A stretch of 64,000 nucleotides of DNA, taken from the NCBI RefSeq assembly GCF_963921235.1, contig NC_086097.1, positions 223,884,001 to 223,948,000 on the forward strand. Direction: 5' to 3'. This DNA is from Mobula hypostoma (Eukaryota). Below the pieces are notes generated by a model. It saw only the letters and a list, made by a program, of their open reading frames with translations. It did no database searches and was not told the DNA's origin. This document shows, piece after piece, positions 1-10,008 of this stretch (its first letter is position 1; each line of letters opens with the position of its first letter). Position numbers and translations under genes: made by a program.

Positions 1-173
1 AATTCTGTGCACATGTGTGTTTATCATCACTGAACTGTTGCATTTATTATCCTTTCGATTACTGTGTTGCTTGTTTCTGTAATAAAACTTTCTTAGTTCT
101 AGTACTCCAGACTCCAACTGAGTGATCCATTTCTGCTGGTTTGGCAACCCAGTTACGGGGTACGTAACATAAG

Positions 174-192
174 TGGGGTTCTCGTCCGCGAT
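174..192 (+). promoter_or_regulatory. Primer-binding site, tRNA-Pro-like
   Basis: TGGGGTTCTCGTCCGCGAT starts 4 nt after the LTR end and resembles the tRNA-Pro PBS TGGGGGCTCGTCCGGGAT. Confidence 0.7.
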
Positions 193-268
193 TTTGAACG
201 CTAAATTTGGGACGGAGTAAATTGATTGGGTTAAAATTCCCGAAAGAAAGAAAAGACAAACAGCAGAA

Positions 269-3175
269 ATGGAGGTTGAGGAATTTATAAAGGCGCCGAC
301 CTTGGAGGCATTAGAGGATGCCAGGAAATCGGAATTGATAGCTGTGGCAAAACGGGTGAATCTTGCTAAGGTGAAGTCGACAATGAGGAGAGAGGAGATA
401 CACAGAGCTATTGTAGAGCACTATGTATCTAAAGGTGTGTTTCCCCAAGGTGAGCTGGGGGAGGTGTCTATTGAAAAACCTGCTGGAGACGCGGTACAGG
501 TACAGCTTGAAAAACTGAGACTCGAGCACGAGTTCCGGGTACGGCAGTTAGAAAGGCAGGAGAAAGAGAGAGAGTTAGAAAGGCAGGAGAAAGAGAGAGA
601 GTTAGAAAGGCAGGAGAAAGAGAGAGAGTTAGAAAGGCGGGAGAGAGAGAAAGAGGTAGAAAGGCAAGAGAGAGAAAGACAGTTGGAGAGAGAAGAGAGA
701 GAGAGGGACAGACAGTTGGAGAGAGAAGAGAGAGAGAGGGACAGACAGTTGGAGAGAGAGGAGAAACAGAGGGAAAGGGAATTTGAGCTGGAGAAGTTAA
801 AGATAAGGGCCGAGCAGGGGCTCGTGCCGAACCAAGGTGGAGGGTTCCGGGCGACCCAGGAGGTTAGGCTGGTTCCCCCATTTGACGATACCGATGTGGA
901 TCGGTACTTTCTCCACTTCGAAAAAGTAGCTATAAGTCAGGAATGGCCGAGGGATAAGTGGGTTGTCTTACTTCAGAGTGTACTGAAAGGGAAGGCCCAA
1001 CAAGCTTACTCCGCTTTATCCCCGGAAGATGCCCAGAAGTATGAGGTGGTGAAGGAGGCCATCCTCAGGACTTATGAGTTGGTCCCGGAGGCATACCGGC
1101 AGAGGTTCCGGAATGCGAGGAAGCGGTGGGACCGCACGTATTTGGAGTTTGCTCGCGAGATGCAAACATATTGTGAGCGTTGGTGCGCCTCGAAAGGGGT
1201 AGAGGGGGATTATGACAGACTGCTGCAACTGGTTCTGATTGAGCAGTTTAAAGGTTGTGTCCCTGAGGGTATGAGACCCTACCTCGATGAGAAAGAGGCA
1301 GCCACGTTAGCCGCAACTGCTAAGTTAGCGGATGAGTATGCGTTGACGCATAAAATGAAGGTTGCCCCGAGTAAAGGCTACCAGAAGGGTAGTCAGGACG
1401 GCGGGGAGAGTCCACCGGAAAAGTCAGAAAGTAAGCCGGGGACTAGTGAAAAGGATAAGGTAGACCGGGAGCAGTCTGGTAGGAAGTCTCCTGGAGTCGT
1501 TTGTTATAATTGTGGGAAAGTCGGACACTTTGCGTCCAGGTGCTTTGCCCCAAGGAAGGAGACGGGGAAAGGAAAAGCGGAAATTTTGAATGGCTGTATT
1601 GAGCTGTTAAGCGAACCGCTAGGGAAGGACAGGTCTGAAAAAGTCCAGGAAGGGCGCGAGAGGTTTATCTCGGCCGGACTGGTGTCAGTGAAGGAGAGGT
1701 TAAAACCAGTTCCAGTACGGATCTGGAGAGACACAGGAGCGTGTCAGTCACTAATACTGAAGAGTGTATTAGAGTTTAGCTCAGAGACCCAGACTGGGGA
1801 GGTAGAGGTCAAAGGTGTTGGGGAAGGGACAGAGTCAGTCCCTTTGCACCAGATACATTTACAGAGCAACCTGGTCTCTGGACTAGTCACGATCGGGGTG
1901 AGGTCCGAATTACCGATGAAAGACGTGGAAGTCTTGCTCGGTAATGACATCGCCGGAGGGATCGTGTTCCCAGTCGTGAGATTGACGGGTCAGCCTGCCA
2001 GCATGGAGGCCCCGCCCGCGATGGTGAATTTGGCTGAAACATTTCTGCCAACCTTGTATGAGACAGGGTGTAGTGAGATAAGAGGTAGTGAGGGAGCTGG
2101 GACGGACGTAGCAGTAGCCAGGAAAGAATTTGTGCAGACGCAGGAGCGAGACGAGGGGCTGATGGTTTTTGCCGAGACCGCTCTCTCTGACACAGCCTTG
2201 ACAAGCTATTGTGCGGATGAGGAAGTGCTAAGGAAGAAAGGGAAATCAAGTACAGCATCCGCAGATGAGGAGTGGGGGGTGGTGCAAAAGAGTTACGGGG
2301 ATGAGGTTTTTAACATGGCCCACGAGGTACCCCCCGGTGGACATTTTGCGGTGCTGGGGGAAACAGTTGGTGGAATCATGAAAGAGATTTACCGGCTGCC
2401 CAGGGGGAAGAATGTTATTGATCATGACCGACGCGAACTGAGACGGTCACCGGCTTTTGATATGCTAACAAACCTAGTCGGTGTTAGCGTGGAAATCAAT
2501 GAAGCTAGGGGCCCCCTGCTAAGAGAAAAAAACCATTTTGAAAAGATTAGGGTGGGATCGGTCAGATGGGAGAAGGCTATTGTTTTGGCCAGGTCTACTG
2601 ATAAGGTCTCTCCCTTAATCCCCGAAGGAGTAATTAAACGACTCGCACCCATGTGTTTGATTGTCCCGAGGAAATGCAAAGAACTGGGACGTTGGGTTAT
2701 GTCGGTTACAATAGGGCGGCCAAGTAAACAACACCCATATTTTTTGAGTAATTCAGTGACTAAAGGGCTGATGAACACAGAGGTGTGTATTGGCAATTTA
2801 ACACGGCTGTCTGAAGCCAGCTTGATAGTGAACCTTGGAAAAAATGAATTCGGCCACGCGAATGTCACTTACCTGGGAATTGTGGTGACACAGGGGCAGC
2901 TGGCAGTGATGCAAGCTACAGTGCAGGCTATCACTGACCTCCCAACCCCGACAGACAAGAGGGCCCTCAGAAGGCTTTTGGAGATGGTGGGGTACTGCAG
3001 GAAGTTTTGCAATAACTCTGCGGTCAATACCCGTCCCCCTCCTACTAAGCCCTTGCGAGGGAAAATTGAGTCGGAATGGGACGACCCTTGTTGTTGTGGT
3101 CCGGGACAAAACCAAATGAGAGGTTACATTGGTCGCAATTCATCAGTGTTTTTTGGCCACTATGAAGTTTGCTGA
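269..3175 (+). CDS. 968-aa Gag-protease polyprotein with degenerate integrase and RT remnants
   Basis: Charged coiled-coil repeats, a SCAN-like capsid segment (PEAYRQRFR...LVLIEQF), CCHC knuckle CYNCGKVGHFASRC, protease RDTGA, integrase-N-like AHEVPPGGHF, and RT C-terminal remnant (VTYLG...LRRLLEMVGYCRKF). No YxDD or DDE core is visible. Confidence 0.85.
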   Translation: MEVEEFIKAPTLEALEDARKSELIAVAKRVNLAKVKSTMRREEIHRAIVEHYVSKGVFPQGELGEVSIEKPAGDAVQVQLEKLRLEHEFRVRQLERQEKERELERQEKERELERQEKERELERREREKEVERQERERQLEREERERDRQLEREERERDRQLEREEKQREREFELEKLKIRAEQGLVPNQGGGFRATQEVRLVPPFDDTDVDRYFLHFEKVAISQEWPRDKWVVLLQSVLKGKAQQAYSALSPEDAQKYEVVKEAILRTYELVPEAYRQRFRNARKRWDRTYLEFAREMQTYCERWCASKGVEGDYDRLLQLVLIEQFKGCVPEGMRPYLDEKEAATLAATAKLADEYALTHKMKVAPSKGYQKGSQDGGESPPEKSESKPGTSEKDKVDREQSGRKSPGVVCYNCGKVGHFASRCFAPRKETGKGKAEILNGCIELLSEPLGKDRSEKVQEGRERFISAGLVSVKERLKPVPVRIWRDTGACQSLILKSVLEFSSETQTGEVEVKGVGEGTESVPLHQIHLQSNLVSGLVTIGVRSELPMKDVEVLLGNDIAGGIVFPVVRLTGQPASMEAPPAMVNLAETFLPTLYETGCSEIRGSEGAGTDVAVARKEFVQTQERDEGLMVFAETALSDTALTSYCADEEVLRKKGKSSTASADEEWGVVQKSYGDEVFNMAHEVPPGGHFAVLGETVGGIMKEIYRLPRGKNVIDHDRRELRRSPAFDMLTNLVGVSVEINEARGPLLREKNHFEKIRVGSVRWEKAIVLARSTDKVSPLIPEGVIKRLAPMCLIVPRKCKELGRWVMSVTIGRPSKQHPYFLSNSVTKGLMNTEVCIGNLTRLSEASLIVNLGKNEFGHANVTYLGIVVTQGQLAVMQATVQAITDLPTPTDKRALRRLLEMVGYCRKFCNNSAVNTRPPPTKPLRGKIESEWDDPCCCGPGQNQMRGYIGRNSSVFFGHYEVC

Positions 3176-3363
3176 GTTGGAGCCTGGTCTAAGGGATTAT
3201 TAATAACACGTGTAAAAGGAACAGAAAATGTGATGACTGTCTGTCAAGGTGTTGACAATTTCAAATTCTCTGTATTAGCTAAATAACTGTTAAAGATGTA
3301 TATTGTGTATGTATCAGATAATGTAGTCATGTTTGTAATTTTTACCTCCCGGTAAAAATCCTT

Positions 3364-3375
3364 AAAGGGGGGAAG
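3364..3375 (+). promoter_or_regulatory. Polypurine tract
   Basis: AAAGGGGGGAAG directly abuts the TG of the 3' LTR. Confidence 0.85.
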
Positions 3376-4256
3376 TGTTACGAGAATACACATAAAATTA
3401 AGATGTTTGCTGGCCTGGGCTAGCATCAGTGGCATCAGCAGTTGGTCTGCCACCTGCCCTCAGGGGAAGGAGAGATAAGGAACAATGGAGCAGCGTCTGG
3501 AGATGTGTAATGAAGGGATGTGGGAGGAAGAGCTGTCTGGAGCGGCTCCCCCCTTTGAGCCCTGAACTGTTTGAAGTGATGGACAGGCGATACCCCAGCA
3601 GGGGGATAAAAAGGGACAGGTTCGCTAAGACAGACACACACGCCACCCGAGGTAACGAGACCCTGGAAGCGGTGCGCTTCTCACGAGTGGGTGAGAAGTC
3701 CCAGACAACGACAAGGGTGGAAAGGTACGATCAGCGGGAACCCGGTGTGTGTCCGCCCTTGCCTGGGTGCCGGGTTCACTGCAGAGGATCGACCGCATCT
3801 GGAGGAGGGGTCACAGTCGGTGACCTCAGGTGACATCACCAAGGACCCGCCCAAAAAGCTGTTTGTGAGCCATCTCGCTGGTCTGTGAGCCATCTTGCTG
3901 GTCTGTGAGTGAAGCCGTTCTGAATGATGAGTTGTTCCTATTCTATCTCTCTCTTCCCCCACATTGTCCACCGCCATGGCAACGATTACTGCGAACTGAA
4001 CTACTAAACTGGACTGAACTTTGAGTCATTTTGAAATTGGTCATTTACCCCTAGACAACGATAGAGCTTGATTGATGCTGTTATCTTAATTCTGTGCACA
4101 TGTGTGTTTATCATCACTGAACTGTTGCATTTATTATCCTTTCGATTACTGTGTTGCTTGTTTCTGTAATAAAACTTTCTTAGTTCTAGTACTCCAGACT
4201 CCAACTGAGTGATCCATTTCTGCTGGTTTGGCAACCCAGTTACGGGGTACGTAACA
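3376..4256 (+). repeat. 3' LTR (881 bp)
   Basis: 7-bp terminal inverted repeat TGTTACG/CGTAACA, an internal 20-bp tandem duplication near 3863-3908, and AATAAA near 4168. Confidence 0.92.
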
Positions 4257-5505
4257 CTTTGAAAAAGGAGGACATCACCTTCATTCTAGAATGAAAAGCC
4301 TCATCCTGAGAGCAGATGCGATAGAGACGGAGGAATTGAGAGAAGGGGGCGGCATTTTTACAAGTAACTTGGTGGGACAAAGTATAGTCCAGATAGCTGT
4401 GACAGTCTGTGGGATTAAGGATAGGGTTCCCCTTGTCCTCACATACCACCCCACCTGTCTCCGTGTCCAGAACATAATTCTCTGAAACTTCTGCCAGGCC
4501 ATGGATGGACGTAACCGAATGGGAAATGAAATTGAAGAGTTGTCTCTGCCAGCCTCTGTGTCCAGCACATAATTCTCTGTAACTTCTGCCATCTCCAATG
4601 GGATTCCACCACCAAGCACATCTTTCCCTCCCCCCCACTTTCTGCTTTCCACAGGGATTGCTTCCTACGCGACTCCCTCGTTCATTTGTCCCTCTCCACT
4701 GATCTCCCTCCTGGCACCTATCCTTGCAAGCAGAACAAGTACCACACCTGCCTCTACACCTCCTCCCTCACTACCATTCAGGGCCCCAAACAGTCCTCCC
4801 AGGTGAGGCAACACTTCACATGTGAGCCGGCTGGGGTCATTTACTGTGTGCAGTGCTCCCGGAGTGGCCTCCTGTATATCGATGAGACTCGACATAGATT
4901 GGGAGACTGCTTCACTGAGCACCTAAGCTCCATTCACCAGAAAAAGTGGGATCTGCCAGTGGCCATCCATTTTAAATTCACTTCCCATTCCCATTCCGAT
5001 ATGTCCATCCTTAGCCTCCTCCACTGTCGTGATGAGACCACACTCAGGTTGGAGATGCAACACCTTGTATTCCGTTCAGGTAGCCTCCAACCTGATGGCA
5101 TGAACATCGATTTCTCAAGCTTCTGGTAATGCAACTGCCGTTCACCATTTCCCATCCCTTTTTCTCTCTCTCACCTTATCTCCTTGCCCACCCATCACCT
5201 CCCCCTGGTTCTCCTCGCCCCTTTTCTTTCTTCTATGGCTTTCTGTCCTCTTCTATCAGACTCCCCCTTCTGCGGCCCTGTATGTCTTTCACCAGTCAAC
5301 TTCCCAGCTCTTTACTTCATCCCTCCCCCTCCAGGATTCACCCATCACCTTGTGGTTCTCTCTCCCCTCCCCCACCTTTTTAAATCTATGGAAAAGAGTC
5401 GACTGTACTTTTTTCCATAGATGCTGTATGGCCTGCTGAGTTCCTCCAGCATTTTGTTTGTGTTGCTCAGATTTCTAGCATCTGCAGATTTTCTCTTGTT
5501 TGTGA
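4257..5505 (+). mobile_element. Older, rearranged Penelope-like element fragment (GIY-YIG region and pseudo-LTR; inverted 5' part)
   Basis: ORF 4686-5129 (CKQNKYHTC...VIYCVQC...LYIDETRHRLGDCFTEH) parallels the PLE at 13170-14060. 4257-4412 is in minus orientation. Confidence 0.85.
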
Positions 5506-6199
5506 CAGGCAAGGATATGTTTTTTTTAGCAGTACGTGTAGTGTACTTGTTTTTTTTGGGCTCTACTGTGGAAAAAAGGAGCATGTGATTCATGAATAAA
5601 AATTCTCATTTCAATTGATCAAATCCCTGGTTGCAATACTAATTTACGTGAGCAAAGGGTTGGAGGCTGAATACTTTATCAAGACACTGTTCCTTTTCTT
5701 CTGTCTACACCTTTTGCATGGGGGAATTTTGACCAAATTCCAAACGAGAGAAAATAATCCAGCTGTCATCAGTGATGAAAGTACAATTATTTTGTTGAGT
5801 GATTTAAGCATTGACTAAGTAGTGGTTGGTAATCTTGAAAAAGTTAATCAGAATTAGGAATGGGCCATGGAACCAAGATCTGACACTAAATATGACAGTA
5901 TTCTGAGGTAGGGAAGTTGATTTCGGAAAAGATTAATAGGCTTTTAAACTTCTTTGAACAATGAGAAGTGAAATTTAAAACATTGTTAGGTTGGTGGGGT
6001 GTCGGGGGGTAGTGGGACTCGACAGGGAATTTATTGTGAGGAAGATTCTCCAGATGGGAATCTAAGACTAGGCGATGGTCTCTGCATATTGGTCACTCAT
6101 ATAAGACACAGGTGAGGAAGAATTTCTCAAAGGGTTATGTTTCTTTGGGATCCTTCACCTCTGAAGGCATTAGTAACAGAGGCGTTGCACTTTGAGTCA

Positions 6200-6649
6200 C
6201 ATTGTCATATGGAGAGTGTCTGATAACTCTGGGCCTGTATTCACTGGAATTCAGGAGAATGAGGGGTGACCCCATGAAACCCATCGAAAGGTGAAAGGGC
6301 TCAAAGGAGTGGATGTGGAAAGGATGTTCTCTATGGTGGGAGAGTCTAAGACCAGAGGACATAGCCTCAGAATGGAGGGTGTCCTTTTAGAATTGAGATG
6401 AGGAGGAATTTCTTTAGCTAGAGAGTGGTGATTCTGTGGAATTCTTCGCCACAGGCAGCTGTGGAGTTTATGTCGTTATGTATATGTAAGGCAGAGGTCG
6501 ATACCTTCTTGGTTGGTCAGGGCATAAAGGGATATGGGGAGAAGGCAGGAGATATGGGCTGAGAGAAAAATGGGAACAGACATGATGAAATGGTGGAGCA
6601 GACTTGATGGGCCAAATGGCCTCATTCTGCTTCTATATCTTATGGTCTT
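6200..6649 (+). mobile_element. CR1-type LINE 3' fragment
   Basis: LYSLEFRRMRGD-type remnant and a 3' end (ggccaaatggcct...tcttatggtctt) shared with other copies in the window. Confidence 0.8.
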
Positions 6650-7889
6650 CTTATCTCTTTGTTCCTATTATCTATGGAAGAACTGAAAAAAAAAACCTCA
6701 AAATAAAGCTGTCCTCTAAAATGTAAATGGAGTACTGGGGTCTTTCTGTGGGATATTAGGTTATTGACTCAATCTTAACCTGTTAATAGAATAGACACTA
6801 TATTTCCCATCATCTCAAAATGAGAACTGAACAATACTGGAACAAAATTAGGAGCACTTAAGTCACTGAAAATCACAAAAATAGAATTAATTCCCCAGAG
6901 GTTGTGGATTTTAGGATAATTACATGGATTTTATTAGGTAAGTGCATCAAGGGATATGAAATGAAACAAGAAGCAGGAAAGTGAAGTTTAATTATGTAGA
7001 ATGTCCAGCACCACCATACAGTCCTGCCAATCCTCACTGTGCTGCAGCCGATGCTCTATAATTCTCCTCTTGCGCTTCCTCATCTAATGCTAAAACATAA
7101 AAAGCTTTATTCCATTCTTCCTTGTCCTTCTAACACCTCATTTAATGCACCGTCTTTTAACTATTCTCGTTGACATTGAAGTCTACATTCTCAACAGTCT
7201 GATTAAAGAGGTTTCTTCTGAACTCCCCATTTGTTTTATATTAATAGCCACTAGTTTTGCTGTCCTCCAGAAGTGGAACTAATCTGTTTACTCTATTTAT
7301 AATAGAGCTTTCATAATGATAAATATTTCTATTGCATCATTATTCAAGAATACATCCATTTTTGTCTGGTGGACATAACTTCATAGTTCTGATGGCATTG
7401 TCATAAATCCTTGTTGCATTCCCACCCTATAACCACCACAAGTGTAAACAACAAGAGGCCTAACCTTGGTACAATACGGGTTACTCTTGAGGGGTATTAT
7501 TCATTGGCCTTGTTGCCTGTAATGAGTTGCGCTTTAAGAGTTCCAAGGGATGTGAAGTAAAGCAAACAGCAAAACCCATTTTTGAATCTTCAGGATGATA
7601 TTACCACATTGGCTGAGCCCTGAGGAGAAATAATGAAAGATTCTGTAACCCAAACTAGTGAGGAAAATTGGAAGTCTCATTGGTGAAAACCAAGATGCAG
7701 GTCAGACTGCTAAGTACTTCTAGGCTGCTTCTGTGGAACAAGAAAAGGGGTTAAGAAGAGGAGGGAAGGTTGAAGACCTGTTAACTTTCAGGTTTATAAG
7801 GGAAACAGATATAAAAATGAGAGCAAATTGCTTTTGGTTTTTTATTCATCCACAGATTGAGTATTGCTGGCAAGATTGGAATTTATTTA

Positions 7890-8140
7890 TTTATTTAATT
7901 TAGCGATACAGGCCCTTCGAGCAACGTTGCCCCAGCAACCCCACAACCCTGATTAACCCTTGCCTAATCACAGGACAATTTACAAGATGAATTAACCTAC
8001 CTGGAACACCTTTGAACTGTGGGAGGAGACTGGAGTACCCAGGGAAAACCCACACATTCCATGGAGCCTCCCTACTGATGATGCCAGAGCAGAATTCTGA
8101 ACTCAGAAATGCCCCAAACAGTAATAGCGTTGCACTAACC
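7890..8140 (-). mobile_element. V-SINE-like element
   Basis: The minus strand has the V-core-like GTGGGTTTTCCCTGGGTACTCCAGTCTCCTCCCAC and a (TAAA)n tail. A similar copy lies at ~52250-52460. Confidence 0.65.
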
Positions 8141-8214
8141 TCTATTCTGCTTTGTATGCGGCACCACAATTTACTGCCATTTCTTAATTGTCTGGGAAGG
8201 TGGTGAAGATCTGG

Positions 8215-8745
8215 CAGTATAAAGGATATACTGACATTGGAGAGGGTTCAGAGAAGATTCACGAGAATGATTCCAGGAATGAAAGGGTTACCGTATGAGG
8301 AACGGTTAACATTTCTTGGACTGTATTCCCTGGAGTTCAAGAGAATGAGGGGGGATCTCATAGAAACATTCTGAATGTTAAGATGTCTGAACAGATTAGA
8401 TATGGCAAAGTTATTTCCCATGGTAGGGGATTCTAGGACAAGAGGTCACAACTTTAGGATGAAAGGACATCCTTTTAGAACTAAGATGCGGAGAAATTAC
8501 TTTAGTCAGAGGGTGGTAAATCTGTGGAATTTGTTGCCATGAGTGGCTGTGGAGTGCAAGTCATTGGGTGTATTTAAGGCAGAGATAGATAGGATCTTGA
8601 TTAGCCAGGCCATCAAAGGGTATGAGGAGAAGGCAGGGGAGTGGGGATGACTGGAAGAATTGGATCAGCCCATGATTGAATGGCGGAGCAGACTCAATGG
8701 GCCGAATGGCCTACTTCTGCTCCTATTTCTTATGGTCTTATGGCT
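8215..8745 (+). mobile_element. CR1-type LINE 3' fragment
   Basis: LERVQRRFTRMIPG-type remnant and the CR1 3' terminus. Confidence 0.82.
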
Positions 8746-9008
8746 TTTGAATTGAAATGTTGGTCAGAAGTTGGCACCACAACAGTTCTATTGGGTAGGA
8801 CAGGGCTAGAATTTTAACCCCACATGATGAGTGAGCAGAGATATACTTTGCTAAGTTAGAGTAGCTGGGTCGTTGTGCTCCTGCTGTGACTGGTCACTCT
8901 CGTGGCTCTGTGTTTGAGAGGTATATAAAAGTTTTACACCTTTGTGAATTGTTCATTTCATCACCCTTCATCAGATCTCAGCCTGAAATTTTGACTCTTT
9001 TTTCCTCT

Positions 9009-9195
9009 CACAAACACGAGAAAATCTGCATACACTGGAAATCCGAGCAACACGCATCGAATGCTGGAGGAACTCAGCAGGCCAGGCAGCATCTGGGAAA
9101 AGAGTACAATCGATGTTTTGGGCTGAAATATCGACTGTACTTTTTTCCACAGATGCTGCCTGGCCTGCTGAGTTCTTCCAGCATTTTGTGTGTGT
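9009..9195. mobile_element. Older-family PLE mini fold-back insertion
   Basis: Inverted arms centred near 9122, a tail on the left arm only, and an imperfect TSD CTTTTTTCCTCT (8997-9008) / CTTTATTCCTTT (9196-9207). Confidence 0.7.
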
Positions 9196-10008
9196 CTTTA
9201 TTCCTTTCCTTATATGTTGACTGACCTGCTGAGTTCCTGGCAGCATCTATGGAAAAGAGTAAACAGTCGACGTTTCGGGCCGAGGCCGTTCATCAGGACT
9301 GGAAAGGAAGGGGAGGTCAGAATAAGAAGATGGGGGGGGAGGGGAGAAATAAGTACAAGGTGGCAGGTGATAGGTGAAACTGGGAGAGGGGGAGGGTGAA
9401 GTAAAGAGCTGGGAAGTTGACTGGTGAAAAAGATAAAGGGCTGGAGAAGGGGAAATCTGGTAGGAGAAGATAGAAGACCGTGGAAGAAAGGAATGGAGGA
9501 CCAGCACCAGAGGGAGGTGACGGGCAGGTAAGATGATAAGATGAGAAAGGGAATCAGGAATGGGGAATAGTGAAGGGGGCAGCAACTACCAGAGGTTTGC
9601 GAAGTCAATGTTTATACCAACATACATCAAAGTTGCTGGTGAACGCAGCAGGCCAAGCAGCATCTGTAGGAAGAGGTGCAGTCGACGTTTCAGGCCGAGA
9701 CGCTTTGTCAGGACTAACTGAAGGAAGAGTGAGTAAGGGATTTGAAAGTTGGAGGGGGAGGGGGAGATCCAAAATGATAGGAGAAGACAGGAGGGGAAGG
9801 GATAGAGCCGAGAGCTGGACAGGTGATAGGCAAAAGGGGATACGAGAGGATCATGGGACAGGAGGTCCGGGAAGAAAGACGGGGGGGGGTGACCCAGAGG
9901 ATGGGCAAGAGGTATATTCAGAGGGACAGAGGGAGAAAAAGGAGACTGAGAGAAAGAATGTGTGCATAAAAAGGAGGAACAGATGGGGTACGAGGGGGAG
10001 GTGGGGCC

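Larger units (their letters stand above)
1..4256 (+). mobile_element. Gypsy/Ty3 (Gmr1-like) LTR retrotransposon, internally deleted, recent; 5' LTR truncated by window edge
   Basis: 1-169 is identical by eye to 4088-4256. The 3' LTR 3376-4256 has TGTTACG...CGTAACA termini, a PBS follows the 5' LTR, a purine tract precedes the 3' LTR, and a gag-protease ORF lies between. Confidence 0.93.

Noticed and set aside
3244..4234. Short ORFs overlapping the 3' LTR
   Set aside because: No recognisable domains. They are expected by chance in GC-rich LTR sequence.
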